Of a stretch of 64,000 bases of DNA, positions 50,585 to 61,130 are shown piece after piece. The notes under the pieces are model-generated. The model did not search any database. It had not been told where the DNA came from and was given only the letters and a program-made list of their open reading frames with translations. Both the position numbers and the translations under genes were made by a program. Numbering within the stretch: position 1 is the stretch's first letter; the number at the start of each line of letters is the position of its first letter. The stretch comes from Paraspadella gotoi (lineage: Eukaryota; Animalia; Chaetognatha): NCBI GenBank assembly GCA_051294375.1, contig CM119269.1:19205422-19269421 (forward strand). Reading direction: 5' to 3'.

Positions 50585-52528
50585 TTCTCAGTTCCCTATC
50601 GCCGTCGCCGCTGGCAACGCCCACGGTGCCGACTTCGGATTTCTGCGACGCCGGGCGCTGCGTTTGTCCGGTCTACATCACCGGCGGAATCTGTCAACCG
50701 GGAGAATTCTGTCCGACCAACTCGTCAAGGTATCTCGACCCCTTATTTACATGAATATGGTGAACTTACTTATTTTATTAAATTAATTAATTTTTAAATT
50801 AATATAAAAAGTTTGAAATATTTATTTAATTTTATTATTAGATTTTTTCTATACAGTAACAATATTTTGGAGAGAGGGATAGTCTGATCTTCTGGAAATA
50901 GAGAAAGCTTCTATACAACATAAGGTTAAAAATTACTTTTTGCCTTAGGTTTAAAGTATAAATCAATATGCACGTCTCACTGATGATATTTGTCTTCCTT
51001 GCCTTGCTTCCGTCCTATATTGCATTAACCCGCTTCCCCTCCTTCTTCCCATACCTCCCCCACCCAAGACCCTTACCCTGCAGCCCCGGACAGTACTGCA
51101 ACTCACCCGGCCTGCCCGAGCCCAACGGACCTTGTGCGGCGGGCTTTTTCTGCCGATCGGGCGCGTCGACCCCGTCCCCTCGAAACGACTCCACGGGCGA
51201 CGTTTGTCCTCCCGGTCATTACTGCCCGAGCGGAGCTGCAGAGCCAACGCCGTGCCCGCCGGGAACGTTCTCCGGTGCTGAACGCAATCAGAAAGAGGCA
51301 GATTGCGTCGCTTGTCCGGCCGGTGAGGGCAGGATAGACGAATGATAGACGGATGATGGTTAAACCGGCTGGTGCTTCTTGGAAATGAACTCTCACCTGC
51401 GTCTCGTTGTTTCCAGGTTCTTACTGCGACCTTCCGGGATCGACATCCCCGACTGATCTCTGCGCTCTCGGCTTTTATTGCCTCGAAGGACAAAACCGCA
51501 GCGACCCCGTTGACGGGCTGTGCCCACCCGGACACTTCTGTCCAAAGGGCGCCATTCTCCCCCGCCCTTGTCGTCGGGGTAAGTGGATCTATAATTCGGG
51601 TCATTTACTTAACATACATAATATTTTTGGCTGTCGATTAACCCGTGCCAGGAGAGTATCAAGATGAAGCCGGAATGCCGTCATGCTTAGAATGCCCGGC
51701 AGGGTTTTTCTGCGACGGAAACGAATCTAATGAAACTTGCGAATTCTGCGTCGTTCATCCAACGCCTTGTCCGAAAGGTAAGTTCGGATCCGTTTGAACA
51801 GCGAGTAAGTGGAATCAGGTGAGAGCAGCTGATAGGATATTCCCAAAGATTTGAACCGTTTCATATTATTATTAACCGCGTAATTTAATTTTAACAATTA
51901 ATTATATAAAAAAGTTTAAAAAATACTTTTCAGGTTTTTACTGCGAAAACGGAACGAGTTTCTCTTCCCAATTTCCCTGTCCTCCGGGAACGTTCGGTAA
52001 CGGAACAAAGTTGAAGAAGGAATCCGACTGCGTTCCTTGTCCTCCGGGAGAATTTTGCGCGGAGCCAGGAAACGTAGAGCCGCAGGGCCGATGCAACGCT
52101 GGGTAAGACTTAATGATTAGCGGCAGGCTCGGTTGCAATGTGAATACACCTTTGGGATAGGCCTTTGATTGAGCCTCGGTATTATCGTATAGGCATGAGA
52201 CAACATTAATTAAAGTTAGGCTTTTTTTTTTACAGTTTTTATCATTTCTTCCGGTTACATTCTCAGATTCGTGTGCGGCGGTGGCTCCGATTCATCCACG
52301 CCCAATGGAACCGTAGCGGGTAATGGGGTTTGCCCGACGGGCTCCTACTGTCCCGAAGGCTCCAGTGTTGAGCAACCCTGCGGACCTGGCACTTTCAACC
52401 CAATAGAGGGTAAATTAATGGCTACATAATCGAGCGAGAGAAAGAGAGAAGACAATATAGAGAAAAGGAGAGACTGAGAGAGAGAGACAACGAAAATGAG
52501 AAAGACTCAAAGAGAGAGATACGAATAG

Positions 52529-52593
<65 letters not shown>

Positions 52594-52799
52594 ATGTTTA
52601 TGTTGTAATTACATTACTTCGCTGTCATGAATTTTAACCCCATTTTCTCCAAATCAATTTTCAGGCGGTCAAAACTCCGCCTCCTGTCATCCTTGTCCCG
52701 CCGGCAGTTTCTGCGAGTCTTCTCGTTTGTCCCGACCGACGGGCAACTGTTCGCGACGATACTTTTGCGCAGAGGGCAGCACCAGTTCCACGCCCGCTG
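1..52799 (+). CDS. Giant cysteine-rich repeat protein (GCC2/GCC3 / ephrin-receptor-like Cys-rich repeats), partial; host gene of the nested genes
   Basis: Repeated CPxG(Y/F)(Y/F)C..G, GxCxxG(F/Y)(F/Y)C and GGxCPxGHYC units in exons with GT/AG ends and compatible phases: 1-177, 555-677, 771-864, 1052-1341, 1555-1703, 1929-2053, 2170-2348, 2500-2655, 2893-3097, 3258-3443, 3680-3826, 3915-4211, 7360-7557, 8152-8359, 8439-8617, 8712-8848, 8973-9072, 16188-16340, 20814-20966, 45985-46082, 46257-46374, 46567-46842, 47372-47542, 47664-47932, 49424-49702, 49768-49884, 50025-50156, 50303-50470, 50592-50729, 51069-51322, 51417-51578, 51652-51777, 51934-52102, 52267-52409, 52665-52799 (~6.0 kb coding). 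Many N-x-S/T sequons suggest an extracellular protein. No start or stop seen; apparent frameshift near 46590. Confidence 0.85.
4385..6770. repeat. Long imperfect inverted repeat (foldback-like) in host intron 4212-7359
   Basis: ~4385-4920 is the gapped reverse complement of ~6200-6770, e.g. 'aactatgccaaat...ggacttacctacc' vs 'ggtaggtaagtcc...atttggcatagtt'. AT-rich, no ORF, many small indels between the arms. Confidence 0.6.
9962..13388 (-). CDS. Class A (rhodopsin-family) G protein-coupled receptor, multi-exon, nested in host intron 9073-16187
   Basis: Spliced translation gives TM1 ..TVISNALV, TM2 NLAVAD, TM3 ..[19 protein letters not shown]4 W, TM5 ..GFYYVIF, TM6 [10 protein letters not shown]7 [10 protein letters not shown] and a C-tail ..YSWCCF..AEI*. 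Approximate exons: 13161-13388, 12605-12732, 12382-12476, 12162-12296, 11987-12078, 11766-11845, 11539-11665, 11309-11378, 10973-11035, 10494-10874, 9962-10161. Confidence 0.9.
13284..13352 (-). repeat. 24-bp coding tandem repeat (PSNSSQIR x ~3) in the GPCR N-terminus
   Basis: 'gaattcgaagggcgaatctgcgac' unit repeated; translation [21 protein letters not shown]. Confidence 0.85.
14200..14450 (-). promoter_or_regulatory. CpG-rich putative promoter/5' region of the GPCR gene
   Basis: Dense CGCG/CACGTG (E-box-like) motifs in AT-rich surroundings ~0.9 kb upstream of the GPCR ATG; no ORF. Confidence 0.35.
16188..16340 (+). CDS. Isolated internal exon of the Cys-rich host gene
   Basis: cccag|AACTC...GAAG|gtaag; reads (E)[50 protein letters not shown](G). 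Phase 1 at both ends, matching exon end 9072 and exon start 20814. Confidence 0.85.
16820..16898. repeat. (CT/GA)n microsatellite, representative of many
   Basis: Long pure dinucleotide run; similar runs at ~11706, 21348, 25072, 45088, 46431, 52533 and 63506. Confidence 0.95.
16991..18184 (-). CDS. C-type lectin-like domain protein, nested in host intron 16341-20813 (ends uncertain)
   Basis: Exon 17657-17805 reads [50 protein letters not shown]. The exon from 17353 down reads EMTEI...QIWLWG...GWVWF...QWEEGFPED...YRILCEK. This fits CTLD hallmarks (TWxEAxxxC, LxxxxxxEE, W-L-G, WxW, WxxGxP, xICEK). A small upstream exon lies at ~18158-18184. Confidence 0.7.
20814..20966 (+). CDS. Isolated internal exon of the Cys-rich host gene
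   Basis: ttcag|GCTAC...GAGG|gtgag; reads (G)[50 protein letters not shown](G). Joins in phase to ttag|GATTTTTC at 45985 ([12 protein letters not shown]). Confidence 0.85.
21439..29640 (-). CDS. NLR-type protein: acidic low-complexity N-terminus + NACHT + winged helix + RI-type LRRs, nested in host intron 20967-45984
   Basis: Spliced motifs: [19 protein letters not shown] (Walker A), [20 protein letters not shown] (Walker B), WIITGH (sensor-1 position), [31 protein letters not shown], and LRRs [11 protein letters not shown] / [11 protein letters not shown] / [11 protein letters not shown]. About 14 exons with GT-AG ends; ATG at 29640; the terminal exon (stop ~21439) is less certain. Confidence 0.88.
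24700..24875 (-). mobile_element. tRNA-derived SINE-like element (degenerate tRNA head 24792-24863 plus structured body) in an NLR intron
   Basis: Minus strand shows a 7-bp acceptor-like stem GCGGCCA...TGGCCGC 72 nt apart, a CTCCCAA anticodon-like loop with a poorly paired stem, and a B-box-like GGTTCCAGGCC. The following GC-rich body has three hairpins. Confidence 0.6.
24981..25040 (-). ncRNA. Minimal type I hammerhead ribozyme motif (Penelope-like-element type)
   Basis: Minus strand: ACG-CTGATGA-A-GACTC-gaaatgaa-GAGTC-GAAA-CATG-TC/CGT. It has the conserved core, a 5-bp stem II, palindromic ACATGT in place of stem III, a GUC cleavage triplet, stem I ACG/CGT, and AATAAA just downstream. Confidence 0.8.
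26573..26629. repeat. (ATC)n trinucleotide microsatellite in an NLR intron
   Basis: Uninterrupted CAT repeat run directly after the exon donor. Confidence 0.95.
30186..37224 (-). CDS. TPR-repeat + SET-domain protein (SMYD-like layout without MYND), SET catalytic motifs degenerate
   Basis: Exon 36633-37224 has TPR-like helices ([25 protein letters not shown]; [25 protein letters not shown]). SET-N motif GTGLGLVAN|[12 protein letters not shown]; SET-C motif [17 protein letters not shown]...[17 protein letters not shown] (32544-32720). Helical C-terminal exons end EAASILS* at 30186. Confidence 0.75.
32775..33046 (+). ncRNA. Candidate structured non-coding RNA (unknown family)
   Basis: GC-rich island closed by terminal stem TGATGGTAT/ATACCGTCA, with several internal hairpins whose G-U pairs favour the + strand, followed by a T7 run. 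Confidence 0.4.
37701..42054 (-). CDS. PPID: Cyclophilin-40 / peptidyl-prolyl isomerase D (cyclophilin + TPR); frameshifted as assembled
   Basis: [31 protein letters not shown]|[33 protein letters not shown]|[35 protein letters not shown]..|..[12 protein letters not shown]..|[49 protein letters not shown]|L..NMKAYFR. Exons ~41963-42054, 41366-41500, 41021-41145, 40497-40707, 38248-38587, 37701-37939. Multiple 1-2 nt indels from ~41030 down. Confidence 0.85.
39430..40140 (-). CDS. RGG/Gly-Arg-rich low-complexity ORF inside a PPID intron (nested gene or alternative terminal exon)
   Basis: 220-codon open GC-rich frame with RGG/GRG repeats, RRSRSRSP and an acidic end [10 protein letters not shown]. 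It lies between the PPID donor (40496) and acceptor (38588). Confidence 0.6.
   Translation of the reverse strand, partial: NEQTIHRILESKIRPLLCEPRFAASLSQKEEESTSGLSASTPLGAARGGGGGGGGPIRLGMQSFKPGGMLGMGGPPRVMTGARGGGRGRPEEGGDRDEREREGGPGAAQRGSGFEGRGFMTRGRMMGPRGGGGGGAETAVRGNIRFSGFRGGIRFGRGGAGGGMRKRDEEDSPPPPNQRRSRSRSPQGDGAGEGGGGAGSEQMRQFQRSYQSFLLDDKSGKKNAPRLYDSDDDEDE
42524..43027 (-). CDS. Terminal exon of a highly acidic repeat protein with 3x [14 protein letters not shown]
   Basis: Acceptor ttag|GGGGAAG at ~43027; open frame to ..[10 protein letters not shown]. Three [14 protein letters not shown] copies with synonymous differences, separated by ENKG(E/D)D-type acidic repeats. Upstream exon not identified. 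Confidence 0.7.
   Translation of the reverse strand, partial: GEEDNDEAVVDKYGLGSFGASNYDDYDDYDENKGEDEDENKGEDEDENQDKYGLGSFGASNYDPYDDDTEENKDENDEENKDEENENKGEEDEDNEEPVEDKYGLGSFGASNYDAYDDYNYDENKGDDEENKGDDDENKGDDEEAKEEEEGEKEEDEGGDSWSGNRY
44272..44981 (-). CDS. SH3BGRL: SH3 domain-binding glutamate-rich-like protein (SH3BGR family, glutaredoxin fold)
   Basis: Three exons (44877-44981, 44614-44688, 44272-44481): [35 protein letters not shown]|[25 protein letters not shown]|[38 protein letters not shown]. Matches the family KVY..KKxQQ and PQIFN..CGD(Y/F) signatures, with a Glu/Ala/Pro tail. Confidence 0.85.
48283..48377. repeat. 26-bp inverted repeat enclosing and overlapping (GTCTTA)9
   Basis: GATGACGTCAGATTTTAAGACTAAGA (48283-48308) and its exact reverse complement (48352-48377); hexamer array 48309-48362. 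Confidence 0.9.
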
Positions 52800-55059
52800 G
52801 TGAGTTAAGTTGATCAAAACAAAAGATCGGTTTGGAATATAGTTTTTCGCGGAAGAGAAAAAGATTCAAATCATGAATAAACGATATCAGATTTCGTATT
52901 TTTGATGACGGAAATAAGAAAGCCGTTCTCTCTCTAAAGTTCACGTCTTGAAACAAAAAAGAGAGCAACGCCATGAGCTGTGTCTTTTTGATGTAATGAA
53001 CATGACAATTTGTAAATTAAAAAAAACGTATAATTGAGCGCCATAATGTTAAATGTCTCGTTGATGAGCGATTTATTCACACCACCATTGTCATCTTTGA
53101 TCTCTGATCTCTGATAATTTTTATCATCATCTGGAAAATTATCTTCATTGCTTCATTTATATTCACCCCAGAACATATGGCAGGGAGAAAAATTGCTGAT
53201 GAGCAGGAGATAAGCGAGAGAGGAGAGAGATGACGAAGAGTAGAGGAGAGCGAGAGAGGAGGAGAGAGATGAGATGATGAGAGAGAGAGATGGAGAGGAG
53301 AGAGGAAGAAGAGAAAAAGAGATGAGCGTGAAATAAGAAGTGGAAACAGTTCTTTCTCCGGGCGACGTCCATCAATCTTTCATGGCCTTCTAGTTCCCAC
53401 TCCTACGCTTTTTTCTCTTTCTTTCTTTCGTTCTTTCTTTCTTTCTTTCTTTTTATTTATTTTCTTATCTCTTTTTGTTCTGATTTGACTTTGACATTGC
53501 TTTTATTGATCAATTAATTAATATTTAATTAATCTTATAATTTTGATTTAATTTTTTTATATATTTTGTTAAGTAGTTAATCCTTAACTCAAATAGCATT
53601 TACCATTCGAAAAAAGAGGCTAAAAAACCCTTGACACCCGTTTTAAAAAATCCGCGGTTCCGGTTAAAAGAACGTTGGAGTCTTTCTTCAACACGGAAAC
53701 AGTCGTTGTTTTTCTTTGAACTTCCTATGTGGAGCCTCTTTTCAAAAACCACCCCTTTCCACAGAGACAGTCTCTTGAGACGCCACCCTTCTTGCAGTCT
53801 CGCAAAGTCTTTGCTAGATAATTCAATTTTTAGGTTTTGTCTAATTATTATTTCCGCATGCTTGTAATTAATTTGTATGCCACATTGTCTTTATTATTTC
53901 AAAAATGTTTTATTAACGAATTAAACGTATATTTATTTGATTTTATTTAATAAATTAAATTGATCATTTTAACTCATTTAATATTCGAAAAAAAATTACA
54001 CAGATCTGTTGTTTAACCCGACAGACTTAAAAAGGGTGTCGCCCTCCTTTCTGCTTCTTTATCTCAATTTCCTGTCACAATGTTCTCCCTTCTTTTTTCT
54101 CTTCTCTTACTTCTTCTGCTCTTTCTTTTCTGTTTTATGCATATATAAAATTATTATATATGTGTAATTTTTTTCGAATATTAAATGAGTTAAAAGGATC
54201 AATTGAATTTATTAAATGAAATAAAAAATATACATATATATATATTTAATAAAAAAACTATACTTTTTAATTTCATAACTTTTTTCCTTTCACTTGATTA
54301 AATTAAATTAAATTAAATAACGTCATATCTCAAATGTTATGATATCCTAATATTCGCCTTTTTCCTTTTATCTTTTGTTTCATTTTTTTATACTATATAT
54401 TTTATATATACAATTTCCTTTTGATTCTTATCTTCATTTCGTTAAAATGCTTGTTGTTCTATTATTGCCTTCTTTTAAAAGACCATTTTTGTTTTCCGCA
54501 CTTTCCTTTCCACAATAACATTGATTTTTAGTTGCGCTCCGAGTTCTCGCGGAGCAATTCTCTAAGACACTTTGGCGTCGGTCGGTCGGTTGGTCTTTAT
54601 ATCTGTCTTTCGGTCTGTCCTCAAGTTTTAAATGGTCAAAATTTGGGTAATCTATTATATTTGGTAGGTAAATGCATTCATGAAGTCACAGGACCACCTT
54701 ATATTATAAAATATTATGTCACTTCATTGATAGGGAAGCCAGGTACCTTGGGAGTAAATAAACAAGACTGTGAGTTTTGATTGAAAGCTTGCAGGGACCT
54801 GCTATGTCATTTTCTTGTAAGAGTGATGGAGGCCTTAAACCACTAAAGCCTGTCCAAAGTCAGGGACAAGATATCTTATTTATTAAAAGAATGGATAATT
54901 TTTATATTGGTTGTACCAATTTCATAAAGCGATTATGAGCGGCTTAGATTTGGTTTGTTCTTTTTTTTATTTTTGCTGATACGAAAAGAACCTCGAATTT
55001 AAGCGACTGTTAGTGCTCCTTTTTGTTTTTTAAANNNNNNNNNNNNNNNNNNNNNNNNN

Positions 55060-56430
55060 AAAACAGAGAGAGATCTAATCTGAATTTAACTAATTCTCTT
55101 CATAAATACCATAATATGCGGAATAACTGCAAATAATACATTATACAAACAAATTATTAAAGCAAATGGATAGAGTCGGTTGGACCCAAATAACAGAGTG
55201 AAAAATAAAAAACGACGCGCGCGGAAGCAAAACAATAAGCGCATCAGCCGAATTTGGAGCCTCTTGAAATCGACGCTATCACCCGAGTCATTTCGTTTCG
55301 GCGAATCAAGCAAATAGACCTTGCACTCCTCCTCTTGCCTCTTTAATGAATGAGATGCTATCATTAACCGTTGCGAATTTTGCTTCGTCGGCAAAGAAGC
55401 TAGGATCTGCGAACGGGGAGAACTCCCTCGAACCCTTTTGATCAAACCTCCGAAAATCACCCCCCCTCAGTCTTCTATTAGGTTGGGCTGCCACAGATTT
55501 TGTGAAAGATGAAGGAAAAAAGAAGATTCACACTGCTTGATGAAAATAAACGAAGATCAACAAACAAAGAAAGTAAAATATCAGTTAAATTTACTTTCTA
55601 GTTTCTGAACTTTCGTTTTTTTTTCTCTCAAGTAGGTGCGTGAATGATACTTCTTTTTTAAGATACGTAAGCATGGTTTAAAATAAAAAAATAAAAAAAA
55701 AAAGAGAATAAGAAAGCAAGAGAGGGTGAGAAATCTTTTTTTTAATTTATACTCCCTCGTAATTTGGTCAAAATTTGAGATCATGACAAGATTTTTTTCC
55801 CATAAAAAATATTTGATCTCATGGTGTTTTTATGGCGCCTCATCATAAAGTGGACGTCATTGACCAAAGAAGGGGATTACTTATCCTTTAAAAAAGACAC
55901 CAGCCAATAATTGAGTTGGTAGGCTCTTCCGTCTTTGTAAACGAAGAGAAGGAGCGAGAAAGAAACAGAGATAGAACCAACGTATTACCGTCGAAGACGA
56001 AATCGTCACAAGTCGCCTGCAGATCTCCAAATTCGAAGATTTATTTGTGATCTAAAACTATTTCCTTTTCAACAAAACTCAGTTGGCGCGGCATTGTCGT
56101 TATCATCGTCTTCGTTTTGAGGAAAAAATATTGTCAGAATTCGAACCCAACCATGTAACCATGATTAAGTATCTTTAACGAGGTACATTACTCCAAAAAC
56201 TTTTTGGAGGGAAGTGTGAGTAGAAAAGTAAAAGTAAATTGGGAAAAATAAGGGGAAAAGTAATTATGCAAAAACAAACCAGAAAACGGTAATTTCAACG
56301 TGTTGTGGCAAGTAGTGCTTTTCTTTCACCGAGTACTTTCTGGGTGACGCATCTGAGTGTATCACGTTGACCAAGTAAATGCACAGCGTTTGACATGCAA
56401 CATTTGAAATTACTCGTCTTTTATTCTTTA
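55060..56430. repeat. Inverted copy of ~61140-62470
   Basis: For example 55581-55620 is the gapped reverse complement of ~61925-61970, and 55840-55930 of ~61620-61710. Starts immediately after an N-gap. Confidence 0.85.
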
Positions 56431-56544
56431 TACGAATTTTTTAAATAAAAAAAAGATTTCTCACCCTCTCTTTCTTTCTTATTCTCTTTTTTTTCCTTTT
56501 TTTTATTTAAACCATGCTACGTATCTTAAAAAAGAAGATCATCA

Positions 56545-59500
56545 CCCGACGCCGCGGCGTCTGCGTTGTTCGTCGGTCTACATCACCGCGGAATCTGTCA
56601 ACCGGGAGAATTCTGTCCGATCAACCGTCAGGTATCTCGACGCCTTATTTACATATTGAATATGGTGAACTTACTTATTTTATTAAATTAATTAATTTTT
56701 AAATTAATTAAAAAGTTTGAATATTTATTTAATTTTATTATTAGATTTTTTCTATAACAGTAACAATATTTTGGAGAGAGGATTTAGCCTGGTCTTCTGG
56801 AAATAGAGAAAGCTTCTATTACAACATAAGTTAACTTCTTTTTGCCTTAGGTTTAAAGTATAATCAATATGCACGTCTCACTGATGATATTTGTCTTCCT
56901 TGCCTTGCTTCCGTCCTATATTGCATTAAACCCGCTTCCCTCCTTCTCCCATTACCTACCCCACCCAGACCCTTACCCTGCAGCCCGGACAGAGTACTTG
57001 CAACTCCCCGGCCTGCCCGAGCCCAACGGACCTTGTGCGGCGGGCTTTTTTCTGCGATGTGGGCGCGTCGACCCGTTCCCTCGAAACGACTCCACGGGCG
57101 ACGTTTGTTGCCTCCCGGTCATTACTGCCCGAGCGGAGGCTGCAGAGCCAACTCCGTGCCCGTCGGAACGTTCTCCGGTGCTGAACGCAACAGAAAGAGG
57201 GAGATTGCGTCTGCTTTGTCCGGCCGGTGGAGGGCAGGATAGACGAGATGATAGACGTTGAGACTTGCTCTTGGAAATGAACTCTCACTGCGTCTCGTTG
57301 GTTTCCAGGGTTTCTTATCTGCGACGTTCGCGATCGACATCCCCGACTGATCTTCTGCGCTCTCGGCTTTTATTGCTCGAAGGACATAAACCGCAGCGAC
57401 GCCCGTTGACGGGCTGTGCCCACCGCCGGACACTTCTGTCCAAAGGGCGCCATTCTCCCCGGCCCTTGTTGTCGGGGGTAAGTGGATCTATAATTCGGGT
57501 CATTTACTTAAACATACATAATATTTTTGGCTGTCGATTAACCCGTGACAGGAGAGTATCAAGATGAAGCCGGAATGCCGTCATGCTTAGAATGCCCGGC
57601 AGGGGTTTTTCTGCGACGGAACGAATCTAATGAAACTTGCGAATTCTGCGTCGTTCATCCAAGCCTTGTTCCGAAAGGTAAGGTTCGGATCCGTTTGAAC
57701 AGCGAGTAAGTGGAATCAGGTTGAGAGCAGCTGATAGGATATTTCCCAAAGATTTGAACCGTTTCATATTATTATTAACCGCGTAATTTAATTTTAAACA
57801 ATTAATTATATTATAAAAAGTTTAAAATAATACTTTTCAGGTTTTTTACTGCGGAAAACGGGAACGAGGTTTCTCTTCCCAATTCCCTGTCCTCCGGGAA
57901 CGTTCGGTAACGGAACAAAGTTGAAGAAAGGAATCCGACTGCGCGTTCCTTGTCTCCGGGAGAATTTTGCGCGGAGCCAGGGAAACGTAGAGCGCAGGGC
58001 CGATGCAACGCTGGGGTAAGACTTAATTGATTACAGCGGCAGGCTCGGTTGCTAATGTGAATACACCTTTGGGATAGGCCTTTGATTGGGCCTCGGTATT
58101 ATCGTATAGGCATGAGACAACATTAATTAAAGTTAGGCTTTTTTTTTTTACAGTTTTTACATTCTTCTTCGGTTACATTCTCAGATTCGGTGTGCGGCGG
58201 TGGCTCGATTCATCCACGCCCAATGGAACCGTAGCGTGGTAATGGGTGTTTGCCCGACGGGCTCCTACTGTCCCGAAGGCTCCAGTGTTGAGCACCCTGC
58301 GGGACCTTGGCACTTTCTAACCAATAGAGGGTTAAATTAGATGGCTACATAATCGAGCGAAGAGAAAGAGAGAAGACAATATAGAGAAAAGAGAGACTGA
58401 GAGAGAGAGACAACGAAAATGAGAAAACTCCAAGAGAGAGATACGAATTAGAGGCAGAGAGGAGAGAGAGATGAGAGGATGAGAGAGAGACGAGAGAGAG
58501 AGAGAGAGAGAGGAGAGGAGAGAAGAGAGGAGAGGAGGAGGGGGAGAGAGGAGAGAGGAGACGAGAATATATATGTTTATGTTGTAATTACATTACTTCG
58601 CTGTCATTGAATTTTAACCCCATTTTCTCCAATATCAATTTTCAGGCGGTCAAAACTGCCGCCTCCTGTCATCCTGTTCCCGCCGGCAGTTTCTTGCGCA
58701 GGTCTTCTCGGTTTGTTCCCGACCGGAGCGGGCAACTGTTCGGCCGACGATACTTTTGCGCAGAGGGCAGCACCAGTTCCACGCCCGCTGGTGAGGTTAA
58801 GTGATCAAAACAAAAGATCGGTTTTGGAATATAGTTTTTCGCGGAGAGAAAAAGATTCAAATCATGAATAAACGATATCAGATTTTCGTATTTTTGATGA
58901 CGGAAATAAGAGAGCCGTTCTCTCTCTTAAAGGTTCACGTCTTGAAACAAAAAAAGAGAGCAACGCCATGAGCTGGTGTCTTTTTGATGTAATGAACATG
59001 ACAATTTGTAAATTAAAAAAAAACGTATAATTGAGCGGCCATAATGTTAAATGTCGTCTCGTGATGAGCGATTTATTCACACCACCTTAGTGTCATCTCT
59101 TGTCATCTCTGATCGTCTTGATAATTTTTTATCATTCATTGGAAAATTTCTTCATTGCTTCATTATATTTCACCCAGACATATGGCAGGGAGAGAAAATT
59201 GCTGTTCATGAGCAGGAGATAACGACGAGAGAGAGAGAGACGAGAGAGTAGAGGAGAGGAGAGAGGAGGAGAGAGATGAGAGAGAGAGAGAGAGAGGAGA
59301 GGAGAGAGGAAGAAGAGAAAGAGAAGCGTGAAATAAGAAGTGGAGACAGTTCTTTCTCCGGGCGACGTCCATCATCTTTCATGGCCTTCTAGTTCCCACG
59401 TCCTTACGCTTTTTTCTCTTTCTTTTCTTTCGTTCTTTTCTTTTCTTTCTTTCTTTTATTTTTTTTCTTATCTCTTTTTGTTCTGATTTGACTTTGACAT

Positions 59501-61130
59501 TGCTTTTATTGATCAATTAATTAATATTTAATTAATCTTATAATTTTGATTTAAAATTTTTTATATATTTTGTTTAAGTAGTTAATCCTTAACTCAAAAT
59601 AGCATTTACCATTCGAAAAAAGAGGCTAAAAAACCCTTGACACCCGTTAAAAAAATCCCGCCGGTTTCCGGTTTAAAAGAACGTTGGAGTCTTTCTTCAA
59701 CACGGAACAGTCGTTGTTTTTCTTTTGAACTTCCTATGTGGAGCCTCTTTTTCAAAAACCACCCCTTTCCACAGAGACAGTCTCTCTGAGACGGCCACCC
59801 CTCTTTGCAGTCTCGCAAGAAGTCTTTGCTAGATAATTCAATTTTTAGTTTTGTCTAATTATTATTTCCGGCATGCTTGTTGTAATTAATTTGTATGCCA
59901 ACTATTGTCCTTTTATTATCAAAAATGTTTTTATTAACGAGAATTAAACGATATTATTTATTTGATTTTATTTAATAACATTAAATTGATCAAATTTTAA
60001 CTCATTTTATATTCGAAAAAAAATTACACAGATCTGTTGTTTAACCGACAGACTTAAATAAGGGTGTCGCCTCTTCTGCTTCTTTTATCTCAATTTATCT
60101 GTCACAATGTTCTCCCTTTCTTTTTCTCTTCTCTTACTTCTTCTGCTCTTTCTTTTCTGTTTTTATTGCATATATATAAATTTTAGTATATGTGTAATTT
60201 TTTTCGAGAATATTAAATGAGTTAAAAGGATCAATTGAATTATTAAATGAAATAAAAATATCATATATATATATTTAATAAAAAAACTATACTTTTTAAC
60301 TTTCATAACTTTTTTCCTTCACTTGATTAAATTAAATTAATTAATAAGTTCATATCTCAAATGTTATGATATCCTAATATTCGCCTTTTTCCTTTTTTAT
60401 CTTTTGTTTTCATTTTTTTATTTATCTATATATTTTATATATACAATTTCCTTTTGATTCTTATCTTCATTTTCGTTAAATGCTGTTGTTCTATTATTGC
60501 CTTCTTCTTTAAAAGACCATTTTTGTTTTCCGCACTTTCCTTTCCACAATAACATTTGATTTTTAGTTGCGCTCCGAGTTCTCGCGGAGCAGATTCTCTA
60601 AGACACTTTGGCGTCGGTCGGTCGGTGGTCTTTATATCTGTCTTCGGTCTGTCCTCAAGTTTTTAAATGGTCAAAATTTGGGTAATCTATTATATTTGGT
60701 AGGTAAATTGCATATTCATGAAGTCACAGGACCACCTTATATTATAAAATATTATGTCACGTTCATTGATATAGGGAAGCCAGGTACCTTGTGGAGTAAT
60801 AAAGCAAGACTGTGAGTTTTGATTGAAAGCTTGCAGGGACCTGCTATGTCATTTTCTTGTAAGAGTGTATGGAGGCCTTTAAACCACTAAAGCTGCCTCC
60901 AAAGTCAAAGTCAAATAGTCAAAAGAAACAAGTGGTATTATGGACCTTTTACAGGATTATCTTAATTTAAAAGACATGCGAATAACTTTTTTATATTGTG
61001 TTTGTACCATTTCATAATAGCGATATTGACGCGCTTGATTTGGTTTGTTCTTTTTTTTATTTTTGCTGATACGAAAGAACCATCGAATTTAAGCGACTGT
61101 TAGTGCTCCTTTTTGTTTTTTTTTAAAAAA
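56545..61130 (+). other. Indel-rich direct duplicate of ~50645-55030 (host exons frameshifted); probable assembly/haplotype artefact
   Basis: Colinear copy of both exons and introns, differing mainly by scattered 1-nt insertions and deletions; lies between N-gaps. Confidence 0.85.

Noticed and set aside
55306-56120. Short ORFs in the inverted segment
   Set aside because: No recognisable domain or consistent splice structure, and frames differ between the two noisy copies.
56545-58800. Second paralogous Cys-rich gene
   Set aside because: Near-identical introns with random indels next to gaps indicate a noisy duplicate, not a diverged paralogue.
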